Assembly: GCA_021802585.1 (NCBI GenBank)
Contig: JAJZRQ010000007.1
Location: 1-63,356, forward strand
DNA: 63,356 bases
Origin: Chloroflexota bacterium
GTDB lineage: Bacteria; Chloroflexota; Limnocylindria; Limnocylindrales; CSP1-4
Direction of reading: 5' to 3'
Shown: piece by piece, positions 47,862 to 57,704 of the stretch
Numbering within the stretch: the first letter of the stretch is position 1
Layout of the letters: every line of letters starts with the position of its first letter
Made by a program: the position numbers and the translations under genes
The notes under the pieces: generated by a model
What the model saw: only the letters and a program-made list of their open reading frames with translations
Databases searched by the model: none
What the model was told of the DNA's origin: nothing

Positions 47862-48623
47862 CTACCCGATGAGGTAGACGACGCTGACGGACACGGAGAT
47901 CTCCGACGTGCCGGGAAGGATCGGGGTCGCGACGTCGGCGGCGCGGGCGCCTTCGTAGGCGACGGGCCACGGCGCCGGCGACGACTGCTCGCTGATCGAC
48001 GCGACGCCGACGATCGTCACGCCGGCCGCCCGGGCGAGAGCGTCGGCCTTCGCCCGGGCCTGGTCCATCGCCTGGGTCCGGGCCTGGGCCTCGGCCACGG
48101 TCGGGTCGTCGACGCGGAACGTGACGCCGTCGAGCGTCGAGCCGCCGCCCGCGAGGGCTCCGTCGACTGCGTCGGCGAGGCGCTCGAGGTCGCGGACCGT
48201 GGCGACGACGCCGTTCCGCATCTCGTATCCCGTGATCTTCGGCGCGGCGCCCGGCGTCGAGCTGTCGTAGATCGGCGACAGGGAGAGGGTCGTCGTCCGG
48301 ATGTCCTTCTCCGCCACGCCGGCCGAGCGGAGGGCGGCGACGACGCCGGCCATCGCGACGGCGGCGGCGTCGCGGGCGTCGCGGACCTTCGCCCGCTGGA
48401 CCACGACGCCGACGTGGAGGTCGGCGATGTCCGGGGCGAGCGTGACGGTGCCGGTGCCGGCGACGCTGATCGTCCGATCGGGCTCGGTCGGATCCTGCGC
48501 CCGCGCGGCGCGCGGGGCGAGCGCCGGCCCGAGGACGACCGCGAGGGCGAGGCCGGCGACCAAGCCGGCGGCGAGCCAGCCGGGGCGTGACCCGGCGGCG
48601 ATGATGGTGCGGGGGGCGGTCAT
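47862..48623 (-). CDS. SIMPL (DUF541) domain protein
   Basis: ISV.G.G.V...PD.A...GV, DI.T....L.P.Y, AR..A...AR.KA..LA.A.GV, PG......V.V.Y. Confidence 0.92.
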   Translation of the reverse strand: MTAPRTIIAAGSRPGWLAAGLVAGLALAVVLGPALAPRAARAQDPTEPDRTISVAGTGTVTLAPDIADLHVGVVVQRAKVRDARDAAAVAMAGVVAALRSAGVAEKDIRTTTLSLSPIYDSSTPGAAPKITGYEMRNGVVATVRDLERLADAVDGALAGGGSTLDGVTFRVDDPTVAEAQARTQAMDQARAKADALARAAGVTIVGVASISEQSSPAPWPVAYEGARAADVATPILPGTSEISVSVSVVYLIG

Positions 48624-48772
48624 GGGGGAGGCTCCCTCGTGGCTCTCGTCTCATCGGCGGCCCGCGGGCGACGGCCCCGCGGCCGCGACCCGGGCGGGCC
48701 GGGCCGACCTGCCCCCGAAGACGTCGCCCGCCGGGCGCGAGTTCCCGCGCGGACCCGGCCGGGCGCGACGGC

Positions 48773-51454
48773 CTACAGGTCGAGCGGGTCGCGCTTCTCC
48801 GGGTCGATCCCGAGGGCCGCGATCGCGTCGGCGAGCGCGGAGGCCGGCAGCGTGCCGGCGGCGCGGAGCCCGGTGAGGGCCGCAAGGGCGACGTGCGGCG
48901 CGTCGATCTCGAAGAGCGACCGCAGCGCCTCGCGCGTGTCGCTCCGACCGAACCCCTCCGTCCCGAGCGCCACGTAGCCGGCGGGCAGCCAGCGGCCGAG
49001 GAGGTCGGGCAGCGCCTTCAGCCAGTCCGAGACGAGGACGACCGGGCCGCCGTCCGGCCCGAGGACCTCCGCGACGTACGGGACCCGCGGCGCCGCGGCC
49101 GGGTGGAGCCGGTTCCAGCGCTCCACCTCGAGGGCGTCCCGCCGGAGGAGCTGCCAGGAGGTCGCGCTGTAGACCTCGGCCGCCACGCCGAACCGCTCGG
49201 CGAGGAGGCCCCGGGCCGCGATCGCCTGCTGGAGGATCGCCCCCGACCCGACGAGGCGGACGCGGCCCTTCTCGCCGCCCTCGACCGCCGGAGCGGGGAG
49301 GAGGCGGTAGAGGCCGCGGACGATCCCCTCGTCGACGCCCGCGGGCTTCGGCGGCTGCACGTAGTTCTCGTTGTAGATCGTCACGTAGTAGAGGAGGTCG
49401 TCGCCGCGGCCGTGCATCCGCTCGATCCCGTCGCGGACGATCGCGGCGAGCTCGTAGGCGAAGGCCGGGTCGTAGGCCCGGAGCGACGGGATCGTCGAGG
49501 CGAGGAGGTGGCTGTGGCCGTCCTCGTGCTGGAGCCCCTCCCCGTTCAGCGACGTGCGGCCGGCGGTCGCGCCCATCATGAAGCCGCGGCCGCGGGCGTC
49601 GCCGAAGGCCCAGGCCTGGTCGCCCGTCCGCTGGAACCCGAACATCGAGTAGAAGATGTAGAAGGGGATCATCGGCTCGCCGTGCGTCGCGTACGACGTC
49701 GCGGCCGCCTGGAACGAGGCCATCGAGCCGGCCTCCGTGATCCCCTCCTCGAGGACCTGGCCGTCCACCGCCTCGCGGTACGAGAGAACGAGGTCGGAGT
49801 CGACGGGCTCGTAGCGCTGGCCTCCGCTCGCGTAGATCCCGACCTCCTTGAAGAGGGGGTCCATGCCGAAGGTCCGGGCCTCGTCCGGGATGATCGGCAC
49901 GATCCGCCGCCCGAACCCCGGGTCGCGCATGAGGTTCCGGAGGAGCTTCGCGAACACCATCGTCGTGCTCACCGCGGCCGTCGAGCCGGCGGCGAACTCC
50001 GCGTCCACCTCGGGGACGGGCGCGGGGAGCGGCCGGGCCCGGACCGCGCGCCGCGGGAGCGGGCCGCCGAGCGCCCGCCGCCGCTCGAGCATGTACTCGA
50101 CTTCGCGCGACTTCGGGCCGGGGTGGTAGTACGGCGCCTCCGCGAGCTCGTCGTCGGGGATCGGCAGCTCGAGGCGGTCGCGGAAGATCCGCAGCTCGGC
50201 CTCGGACAGCTTCTTCGCCTGGTGGGTGATGTTCCGGCCCTCGACGAGGGGGCCGAGGGTCCAGCCCTTGATCGTCTTCGCCAGGATGACCGTCGGGGCC
50301 CCGCGGAACTCGGTCGCCGCCCGGTACGCGGCGTAGAGCTTGCGGTAGTCGTGGCCGCCCCGGCGGAGCCGCGTCAGGTCGTCGTTCGAGAGGTGCTCGA
50401 CGAGCTTCCGGAGGCGGGGGTCGGGCCCGAAGAAGTGCTCCCGGATGTACGAGCCCCCGGCGACGGAGTACTTCTGGAACTCGCCGTCGACAGTGTCGTT
50501 CATCTTGTTGACGAGCACGCCGTCGACGTCGCGGGCGAGGAGGTCGTCCCACTCGCGGCCCCAGATGACCTTGATGACGTTCCAGCCGGCCCCCCGGAAG
50601 ATCCCCTCGAGCTCCTGGATGATCTTGCCGTTCCCGCGGACCGGCCCGTCGAGGCGCTGGAGGTTGCAGTTCACGACGAAGGTCAGGTTGTCGAGCCGCT
50701 CGCGACCCGCGACCCAGAGCGCGCCGAGCGCCTCCGGCTCGTCCATCTCGCCGTCCCCGAGGAAGGCCCACACCCGCGAGCCCGCCGTGTCGGCGATCCC
50801 GCGGTGCTCGAGGTAGCGGTTGAAGCGCGCCTGGTAGATCGCCGAGATCGGCCCGATCCCCATGCTGACGGTCGGGAACTCCCAGAAGTCGGGCATGAGC
50901 CGCGGGTGCGGGTACGAGCTGAGCCCCCGGCCGGGCCCCACCTCGCGCCGGAAGTGGTCGAGCTGGTCCTCGCCGAGGCGCCCCTCGAGGAAGGCGCGGG
51001 CGTACATCCCCGGGGCGGCGTGGCCCTGGTAGAAGACCTGGTCGCCCGCCCCGCCGTCCTTGCCCTGGAAGAACCAGTTGAAGCCGACCTCGTAGAGGCT
51101 CGCCGAGCTGGCGTACGTCGAGAGGTGCCCGCCGATGCCGGGGAACCGGTTGTTCGCCCGGAGGACCATCGCGACGGCGTTCCAGCGGACGAGGCGGCGG
51201 ATCCGCCGCTCGAGGTCCTCGTCTCCGGGGAACTCCGGCTCCTGCTCCGGGCTGATCGTGTTGATGTACCGGGTCTGGGTGAGCGGAGGGAGCCCGACGT
51301 GGCGCTGGCGGGCGCGCTTCAGGAGCTTGTAGGCGACGAAGCGGGCCCGCTCCGGGCCTTCCTGGTCGAGCAGCTGGTCGAACGATTCGATCCAGTCCCG
51401 CGTCTCGGACGGGTCGACGTCGGGGAGCTGCTGCTTGAACTCGTCGCTGTACAT
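48773..51454 (-). CDS. aceE: Pyruvate dehydrogenase E1, homodimeric type
   Basis: D.DP.ET..W, YINTI, GGHLSTYAS, QGHA.PG.YAR, YPHPRLMP.FWEFPTVSMG, GDGEMDEPE, NCNLQRLDGPVRGN, YSMFGFQR, GEGLQH.D. ATG 51454. Confidence 0.96.
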   Translation of the reverse strand: MYSDEFKQQLPDVDPSETRDWIESFDQLLDQEGPERARFVAYKLLKRARQRHVGLPPLTQTRYINTISPEQEPEFPGDEDLERRIRRLVRWNAVAMVLRANNRFPGIGGHLSTYASSASLYEVGFNWFFQGKDGGAGDQVFYQGHAAPGMYARAFLEGRLGEDQLDHFRREVGPGRGLSSYPHPRLMPDFWEFPTVSMGIGPISAIYQARFNRYLEHRGIADTAGSRVWAFLGDGEMDEPEALGALWVAGRERLDNLTFVVNCNLQRLDGPVRGNGKIIQELEGIFRGAGWNVIKVIWGREWDDLLARDVDGVLVNKMNDTVDGEFQKYSVAGGSYIREHFFGPDPRLRKLVEHLSNDDLTRLRRGGHDYRKLYAAYRAATEFRGAPTVILAKTIKGWTLGPLVEGRNITHQAKKLSEAELRIFRDRLELPIPDDELAEAPYYHPGPKSREVEYMLERRRALGGPLPRRAVRARPLPAPVPEVDAEFAAGSTAAVSTTMVFAKLLRNLMRDPGFGRRIVPIIPDEARTFGMDPLFKEVGIYASGGQRYEPVDSDLVLSYREAVDGQVLEEGITEAGSMASFQAAATSYATHGEPMIPFYIFYSMFGFQRTGDQAWAFGDARGRGFMMGATAGRTSLNGEGLQHEDGHSHLLASTIPSLRAYDPAFAYELAAIVRDGIERMHGRGDDLLYYVTIYNENYVQPPKPAGVDEGIVRGLYRLLPAPAVEGGEKGRVRLVGSGAILQQAIAARGLLAERFGVAAEVYSATSWQLLRRDALEVERWNRLHPAAAPRVPYVAEVLGPDGGPVVLVSDWLKALPDLLGRWLPAGYVALGTEGFGRSDTREALRSLFEIDAPHVALAALTGLRAAGTLPASALADAIAALGIDPEKRDPLDL

Positions 51455-51587
51455 CGCGGATGGGCTCCTGCGCGGGAACGCCGGGTCGGGCGCGGCGTCG
51501 GCCCGGCGCGCACGCCGGGGGACCGGGCGGAGCGTAATCCATTGCGCGAGCGAACGCGCCGGCGGGCGCATGGGGTAGAGTCGAGCA

Positions 51588-52217
51588 ATGCAGGAGGAGT
51601 ACGGACCCGCCACGGCGCTCCTCGTCGTCGACGTCCAGAACGACTTCGCCGACCCCGCGGGCGGGCTCGCCGTCGGCGGCGGGGAGGAGATCCTCCCGGT
51701 CCTCGACGAGGAGATCGCGGCTGCGCGCGCCGCCGGCGCGTTCGTCGCGTACACGCAGGACTGGCACCCGCCGGCCACGCCCCACTTCGCGAAGGACGGC
51801 GGCGCGTGGCCGGTCCACTGCGTCGGCGGGACGTGGGGGGCCGAGCTCCACCCCGGCCTCGTGGCCGGCGCCGGGCCGGCGGTCCGCAAGGGAACGAACG
51901 GCGAGGACGGCTACTCCGGCTTCACGATGCGCGACCCGGTCAGCGGCGCGACCGTCCCGACGGAGCTCGCCGGGCTCCTGCGGAGCCGCGGGATCCAGCG
52001 GATCGTCGTCGGCGGCCTCGCGACGGACTACTGCGTCCGGTCCACCGTCCTCGACGCGATCGCGCTCGGCTACGAGACCCATGTCCTCGTCGAGGGCGTG
52101 CGGGCCGTGGACCTCGCGCCCGGCGACGGTGAGCGCGCCCTCGCCGAGATGGAGCGCGCCGGGGCCCGCCTCGTCCGGCGCCCCGCGGGCGCGGCGGCGG
52201 CCGACGGGCCACCGTGA
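51588..52217 (+). CDS. pncA: Nicotinamidase/pyrazinamidase
   Basis: VVDVQNDF...GGL.V, TQDWHP, WPVHCV, RKG....YSGF, GLATDYCV. Confidence 0.93.
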   Translation: MQEEYGPATALLVVDVQNDFADPAGGLAVGGGEEILPVLDEEIAAARAAGAFVAYTQDWHPPATPHFAKDGGAWPVHCVGGTWGAELHPGLVAGAGPAVRKGTNGEDGYSGFTMRDPVSGATVPTELAGLLRSRGIQRIVVGGLATDYCVRSTVLDAIALGYETHVLVEGVRAVDLAPGDGERALAEMERAGARLVRRPAGAAAADGPP

Positions 52218-52792
52218 TGGGCCTCCGGACCCTCCTCGCCCTCGCCCTCGGCGGGGTCGGGGCGACGTTCCTCGCCGACCGCTGGCTCGGCGGCCTCGTG
52301 GCCCGCGGCGAGGGGCCGGACCCCGTGATGAAGATGGCGATCACGATCGACGCCCCGATCGACGAGGTGTGGGACGCCGTCGCGGACATCGAGCGCCAGC
52401 CGCTCTGGATGGAGGAGATGAAGGCCGTCCGGCTCCGCTCGCCGGGCCCGGTCGGCGTCGGCACGCGCGCCGAGGCGGACGTCCGGGTCTTCCTCGTCGG
52501 GATCGTTGACGCGGTCGAGGTGGACGCCTACGACCCGCCGACGCGCTTCGGCATCCGCCACGTCGGCACGTACGCCGGCGAGGGCCGGATCACCCTCGAG
52601 GCGATCGACGCGCGGCGGACCCTCGTCCTCTGGGACGAGCGCCTCGTCCCGCCCGTCTTCCCGCACCTCGGCCAGCTCTTCCAGAAGCCGATCCTCGGGG
52701 CGATCTTCCAGGCCGACCTCGAGCGCCTCCGCGAGATCGTCGAGTCGCGGCACGCCGAGGCCCACGCCGGCAGCGGCACGGACGCCGGCTGA
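52214..52792 (+). CDS. SRPBCC/polyketide cyclase family protein
   Basis: I.IDAP..EVW..VAD.E..P.WM, G.VGVGTR, DL.RL...VE. Confidence 0.85.
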   Translation: MMGLRTLLALALGGVGATFLADRWLGGLVARGEGPDPVMKMAITIDAPIDEVWDAVADIERQPLWMEEMKAVRLRSPGPVGVGTRAEADVRVFLVGIVDAVEVDAYDPPTRFGIRHVGTYAGEGRITLEAIDARRTLVLWDERLVPPVFPHLGQLFQKPILGAIFQADLERLREIVESRHAEAHAGSGTDAG

Positions 52793-52812
52793 CGCCGACC
52801 CCGGACCGGCTG

Positions 52813-53700
52813 GTGCGCGTCCACCTCGTCGACGCGACGTACGAGCTGTTCCGGGCGTACCACGCCCCCCGCCCGCCCGTCCGGGGCCGCGACGGGATGG
52901 CCCTCACCGCAGTCGCCGGCCTCGCGGGCACGCTCCTCGCACTCCTCCGCGACGAGGGCGCGACCCACGTCGGGTGCGCCCACGACCGGGTCATCCGCTC
53001 GTTCCGCAACGACCTCTGGCCGGGCTACAAGACGGAGGCCGGCGTCCCCGCCGACCTCCTCGCCCAGTTCCCCGTCGCCGAGGAGGCGATCGAGGCTCTC
53101 GGGATCCCGCTCTGGCCGATGGCCGAGCTCGAGGCCGACGACGCGCTCGCGACCGCGGCGGCCCGCTTCGACGCCGATCCGGCGGTCGACCAGGTCCTCG
53201 TCTGCACGCCGGACAAGGACCTCGCCCAGGTCGTCCGCGGCCGGCGCGTCGTCCTCCGCGATCGCCGCCGGGCCCTCGACTACGACGAGGAGGGGGTGCA
53301 CACGAAGTGGGGCGTGGCGCCGTCCGCCGTCCCCGACCGGCTCGCCCTCGTCGGCGACGCGGCCGACGGGTACCCGGGGATCCCCGGCTTCGGCGCGGTC
53401 GGCGCGGCCGCGCTCCTCGCCGCGTTCGGCTCCCTCGAGGGGATCCGCGACGCCGACCCGGCCACCTGGCCGCCGGGGATCCGCGGTGCGGCCCGCCTCG
53501 CGGCGACGCTCCGGGAGCGCTGGGCCGACGCGCTCCTCTTCCGCGACCTCGCCACGCTCCGGCTCGACGCGCCCGTCCCCGAGCGGAGCGCCGCGGAGCT
53601 CCGCTGGCGCGGGGCGGACCGCGCCACCTGGACGGCGTTCTGCGACCGCTGGGGGCTGCCGGGCCTGCTGCTGCGGCCCCATCGCTGGCACGCCGCCTAG
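52813..53700 (+). CDS. Stand-alone 5'-3' exonuclease / flap endonuclease
   Basis: LVD.TYELFR.YH, SFRN.L..GYK, EADD.LAT, DKDL.Q, LALVGD.ADG.PG.PG.G. Confidence 0.92.
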   Translation: MRVHLVDATYELFRAYHAPRPPVRGRDGMALTAVAGLAGTLLALLRDEGATHVGCAHDRVIRSFRNDLWPGYKTEAGVPADLLAQFPVAEEAIEALGIPLWPMAELEADDALATAAARFDADPAVDQVLVCTPDKDLAQVVRGRRVVLRDRRRALDYDEEGVHTKWGVAPSAVPDRLALVGDAADGYPGIPGFGAVGAAALLAAFGSLEGIRDADPATWPPGIRGAARLAATLRERWADALLFRDLATLRLDAPVPERSAAELRWRGADRATWTAFCDRWGLPGLLLRPHRWHAA

Positions 53701-53743
53701 CACGCGGCGCGTCCGGCACGCCGCGTGGCCGGCGGCGATCCTC

Positions 53744-54550
53744 CTACGTCGGCTCGCGCAGCAGCTCGAGCAGGCGCGCGTGGTGGACGGGCGGGGCGGC
53801 GAGGATGCCCATCCCCTTCTCTGGCGCCGTCAGGTCGAACCAGAGGCCGCCCGCCATGTTCGTCACCGTTGCCCCGGCCCGCTCGGCGATGAGGCCGGCC
53901 GCGGCGATGTCCCACGTCGAGAGGCCCACGGTCTGGCTGTAGGCATCGAAGCGGCCGTTGGCCACGTAGGCGAGAGTGAGGGCCGCCGAGCCCATCTGGC
54001 GGGGGATCCGGATCGCCCGCCGCACGCGCCGCGTCCGGAGGGCCGGTGCCCGCCCGCCCACGGCGAGACCCATGACCAGGTCCACGAGACGTTCCTTCCG
54101 GGAGACGACCACCGGGCGCCCGTCCAGGGTCGCGGGCCCGTCGGCGGTGGCGGCGAACGTCTCCAGGCGCAGCGGGTCGTGGACCACGCCGACGACGGGG
54201 TGGCCGTCGACCACCAGGGCGAGGGAAACGCAGAAGAACGGGATCCCGTTGGCGTAGTTGACGGTCCCGTCGATGGGGTCGCAGACCCACGTGCGGTGGG
54301 CAGCCGCCGCGTCCCGCCCCGATTCCTCGCCGTAGAAGGCATCACCCGGGAAGCGCTCGGCGAGAGCGGCCCGGATGAGCGCCTCGGACGCGTGGTCGAC
54401 CTCGGTCACGATGTCGCGGACACCCTTGTACTCGACAGCGCCGGCGTCGTCGCGGCGCTCCACCAGGAGCACGCCGGCGCGGGCCGCGATCTCCATCGCC
54501 GCGGCCAGCTCCGCGGCCCAGGCGCTTCCCGACCGCGCGCTCCCGGTCAC
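53744..54550 (-). CDS. Inositol monophosphatase family
   Basis: DIVTEVD..SE, GEE, WVCDPIDGTVNY, GSAAL.LAYVA.GR.D, WDIAAAGLI..AG. Confidence 0.93.
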   Translation of the reverse strand: MTGSARSGSAWAAELAAAMEIAARAGVLLVERRDDAGAVEYKGVRDIVTEVDHASEALIRAALAERFPGDAFYGEESGRDAAAAHRTWVCDPIDGTVNYANGIPFFCVSLALVVDGHPVVGVVHDPLRLETFAATADGPATLDGRPVVVSRKERLVDLVMGLAVGGRAPALRTRRVRRAIRIPRQMGSAALTLAYVANGRFDAYSQTVGLSTWDIAAAGLIAERAGATVTNMAGGLWFDLTAPEKGMGILAAPPVHHARLLELLREPT

Positions 54551-55029
54551 CGCGAGCAGTCCACGGCGAGCGAGCGCCCCGTGGGGCCGAGCCCGGTGAC
54601 GCGCTGCTCGAAGACGAGGCCGTCACCGGCCGGGACCTCGGGCGTCCGGACGTACGTCTCCACCGGGGGGTTGCCCGGGTAGGTCGGGTCCCACACGCGA
54701 CAGCTGGCACGACCGGTCCGCGAGCCGAGGTTCTCCACGGCGACGGTGATCACCAGCCCGTCGCCGTCGGGAACGGCCTCGCGGAGCGTCGCCCGGAAGG
54801 GGCCGACGCCGCCGACGAAGACGGTCAGGGCCACGCCCAGCGCGACCACGGCCAGCGCGATCCCCAGGAAGACGGTCCCGTGGGCCTGTGACGCGGCCGG
54901 CTGCCGGAGGCCGGCTGGATTGCACGTCCCGCAGAGCGCGTCGGTGAGGGGGACAGGGGCGCCGCACCGGACGCAGCCGTGCATCGGTTCCGGCACAGCG
55001 GAGCGTTCGGGGCCGGGGGTCGTCGTCAC
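54547..55029 (-). CDS. Hypothetical membrane protein with an N-terminal CxxC-x9-CxxC zinc ribbon
   Basis: CVRCG...LCGTCNP.GL.QPAASQAHGT, a TM helix, then an Ig-like beta region. Four-base overlap with the IMPase gene. Confidence 0.75.
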   Translation of the reverse strand: MTTTPGPERSAVPEPMHGCVRCGAPVPLTDALCGTCNPAGLRQPAASQAHGTVFLGIALAVVALGVALTVFVGGVGPFRATLREAVPDGDGLVITVAVENLGSRTGRASCRVWDPTYPGNPPVETYVRTPEVPAGDGLVFEQRVTGLGPTGRSLAVDCSR

Positions 55030-55109
55030 GGCCCCGATCTTCGCACGGGCGGCGCCCGAGCGCCCGGAAGCATGTCGGCGCCGGGCGGCGTCTCGGCGCC
55101 GCGCGCAGC

Positions 55110-55979
55110 TCAGCCTCGCTCCGCCGCCGCCACCAGGAGATCCACGTCCGCCGTCGTGTTCGCCCCGACCACGGCCCCGTCGGCGCCGGCCGACACCCAT
55201 TCGGCGGCCGCTGCGGCCGGGTCCCCCACCCAGGGGCTGCCGGCGAGCGAGGCGCTCCGGGGCACGTCGAAGGCAACGAGGACGCGCTGCGCCGAGCGGT
55301 TCTTCCCCGCCGCCGCCAGCGCATCGAGGTAGGCCGGCAGGCGCTCCGCCAGCATCGCGGCCGGCGTCGTCCAGCCGTCGCCGACGCGGGCGGCCAGCTC
55401 GACCCCGGGGCGCGACTCCGCGCCGATGGTGATCGGAGGTGGAGGTACGGGGACCGGGAAGGCGTGGGCGTCGAGCAGCGGGTAGAACGGGCTCGGTCTC
55501 GTCGCCGGGCCGCCGAGCCAGAGGGCGCGCAGGACTGCGACCGCCTCCTCGAGCCGGGCGACCCGCTCGGGCACGTCGGGGAACGGGATCCCGTAGGCCC
55601 GGTGCTCGGCCGGGTGGCCGCCGATCCCGAGGCCGAGGATCAGCCGGCCGCCGGTGGCCTCCTGGAGCGTCGCGGCCATCCTGGCCAGCACCGCCGGGTG
55701 GCGGTTCATCACGTTGGCCACGAAGGTCATCAGCCCGAGCCGGGTGGTGGCGCCGCCAATCGCAGCCAGCGTCGTCCAGGCCTCGAGGACCGGGTCGTTC
55801 CGTGCGCCGCGGCTGACGAAGTGGTCCCAGGTTGCGACGCCCGCATAGCCCGCGGCCTCGAGGCGCAGGGCCTGCTCGCGCCACCAGGCGAACGGAACCC
55901 CGATCGAGCGCAGGTTGACGACGACCGGGAACGGCCCGGGCGACTCCTGCGTCGCCTCGCCGCCGGGCGTCCCCGCCAC
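55110..55979 (-). CDS. LLM-class (probably F420-dependent) oxidoreductase
   Basis: E..GY......DH, EAWTTLAA....T.RL, RHPAVLA.MAATL...GGR..LG.G.G, R..RLEE, PPP..IG. GTG 55979. Confidence 0.88.
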   Translation of the reverse strand: MAGTPGGEATQESPGPFPVVVNLRSIGVPFAWWREQALRLEAAGYAGVATWDHFVSRGARNDPVLEAWTTLAAIGGATTRLGLMTFVANVMNRHPAVLARMAATLQEATGGRLILGLGIGGHPAEHRAYGIPFPDVPERVARLEEAVAVLRALWLGGPATRPSPFYPLLDAHAFPVPVPPPPITIGAESRPGVELAARVGDGWTTPAAMLAERLPAYLDALAAAGKNRSAQRVLVAFDVPRSASLAGSPWVGDPAAAAAEWVSAGADGAVVGANTTADVDLLVAAAERG

Positions 55980-55984
55980 GGCGC

Positions 55985-56284
55985 TCAGAGGCCGGCCGTG
56001 ACGGCGGACGAGATCGCCGCCGCGAGGGCGGCCTGCAGCGTCGTCGCCGTCCGGCGCTCCAGCTCGTCGAGGGGAAGGTACGACTGCTCGGAGGTCACGC
56101 CCTCGCCCAGGACATCGCTGACCGTCAGGATCGTGGCCGCCCGGACGTCGACCCCGGTGGCCGCCGCCGGCGCGCCGATGCCGGTGGCCTGGACGCTGAT
56201 CGCCGTGGCCCGGTTCGGGTCGCCCGGCAGGAGGACGATCGGCGCGTAGTCCTCGGGCTCGGCGCGGAGATGGAGCTGCGGCAT
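55985..56284 (-). pseudogene. DeoD-type purine nucleoside phosphorylase reduced to 99 aa by in-frame deletions
   Basis: HLRAEP.DYAP.VLLPGDP.RA..I | SVQ.TG.G.P | ...RAA.ILTVSD. The central RVG..G and EME motifs are absent. Confidence 0.75.
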
Positions 56285-56402
56285 CGGCGGGATCCTCGGG
56301 TGGGTGGGCGAGGCGAGTGTATCCGTCCAGCTTGGCAGGACGCCCGCCGCGGGCGGCAGACCTGGACGGGCGGCAGGCCTCGCAGGGGACTTGCGACGGG
56401 CC

Positions 56403-56429
56403 GTAAACCGGTTCACTGTGCACTTGACG
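56403..56429 (+). promoter_or_regulatory. LacI-type operator plus -35 box upstream of the sugar ABC operon
   Basis: Near-palindrome GTAAACCGGTTCAC (56403-56416), then TTGACG (56424). Confidence 0.55.
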
Positions 56430-56527
56430 GGGGACGCGCCGTTGGCGCAATGATCCCGCATCCACGCCGCATGTCGGGGAGGACTGGCCGTGCGCGGCCG
56501 GACCCACGACCAAGGAGGAGAAGGCTT

Positions 56528-57625
56528 GTGAAGCATCGAGTCGTGTTCGCCGGCCTCGCCGCCCTCGCGATTGTCGTGAGCGCATGCGGCGGCAGCAGTG
56601 GCGGCGGCAAGGTGGCGCTGCTCCTGCCGGAGAAGCAGACCGCCCGTTACGAGGCGGCAGACCGCCCGTTCTTCGAGGCGAAGCTCAAGGAGCTCTGCCC
56701 CGACCAGTTCAAGGAGTACATCTACAACAACGCGGCCGAGGACGCCACGGCCCAGCAGCAGCAGGCCGAGGCGGCGATCACCGCCGGCGCCAAGGTCCTC
56801 GTCCTCGACCCGGTCGACGGCGAGGCGGCCGGCAAGATCGTCACCGACGCCGCGGCAAAGGGCGTGAAGGTCATCAGCTACGACCGCCTGCTCAAGGGTG
56901 GAAGCAAGCCCGACTACTACATCTCGTTCGACAACGAGGCCGTCGGCAGGCTCCAGGGCCAGGCGCTGCTCGACAAGCTGACCGCCGACGGCAAGACGAT
57001 GGCCAAGGTCATCTGGATCAACGGCTCGCCCAAGGACAACAACGCGCTCCTCTTCGCCAAGGGTGCCCACAGCGTCCTCGACGGCAAGGTCGAGATCCTC
57101 AAGGAAGACGCCATGGCCAACTGGAAGCAGGAAGAGGCCCAGCAGATCATGGAAGCCGCCATCGCCGAGTTCGGCAAGGATGGCTTCGACGCGGTCTACG
57201 TCGCCAACGACGGCGGGGCGGCAGGCGTCTACGCGGCCATGGTCGCGAACGGCGTCGATCCCAAGACCAAGCCGATCACCGGCCAGGATGCCCAGGTCGA
57301 CGCGATCCAGCGGATCCTCACCGGCGACCAGTACATGACTGTCTACAAGGCGATCCAGCCGGAGGCCGAGTTGGCCGCCCAGCTCGCCTGCAAGCTCGTC
57401 AAGGGCGAGAAGATCACCGACACGACGGTGGCGGTCAACAACGGGACGATCGACGTCCCGTCGCTCCTCCTGACGCCGGTCGCCGTCACCGTCGACGGCG
57501 CGGTCGCCGGGACCAAGTCGGTCAAGGACACGGTCGTGGCCGACAGCTTCTACGGCGCCGACACGGTCGCGAAGATCTGCACCCCCGACTTCGCGGCGGC
57601 CTGCACCAAGGCGGGGATCCAGTAG
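56528..57625 (+). CDS. D-xylose-type (XylF/ChvE family) sugar-binding lipoprotein
   Basis: AAGGAGG then GTG 56528, lipobox SAC, ALLLPE..TARYE..DRP.F, VISYDRL, YISFDN..VG.LQ, NGSP.D.NA..F, TGQDA, QYMTVYK. Confidence 0.9.
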   Translation: MKHRVVFAGLAALAIVVSACGGSSGGGKVALLLPEKQTARYEAADRPFFEAKLKELCPDQFKEYIYNNAAEDATAQQQQAEAAITAGAKVLVLDPVDGEAAGKIVTDAAAKGVKVISYDRLLKGGSKPDYYISFDNEAVGRLQGQALLDKLTADGKTMAKVIWINGSPKDNNALLFAKGAHSVLDGKVEILKEDAMANWKQEEAQQIMEAAIAEFGKDGFDAVYVANDGGAAGVYAAMVANGVDPKTKPITGQDAQVDAIQRILTGDQYMTVYKAIQPEAELAAQLACKLVKGEKITDTTVAVNNGTIDVPSLLLTPVAVTVDGAVAGTKSVKDTVVADSFYGADTVAKICTPDFAAACTKAGIQ

Positions 57626-57653
57626 GCAACTCGCCTGTCTGATCGCGTAGCAG

Positions 57654-57685
57654 CGACGGCGGGGAGCGGCAGCTCCCCGCCGTCG
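57654..57685 (+). terminator. Intergenic stem-loop after the SBP gene
   Basis: CGACGGCGGGGAGC-ggca-GCTCCCCGCCGTCG, a perfect 14-bp stem. Confidence 0.6.
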
Positions 57686-57704
57686 GCGTATTCGGGAGGA
57701 GAGG

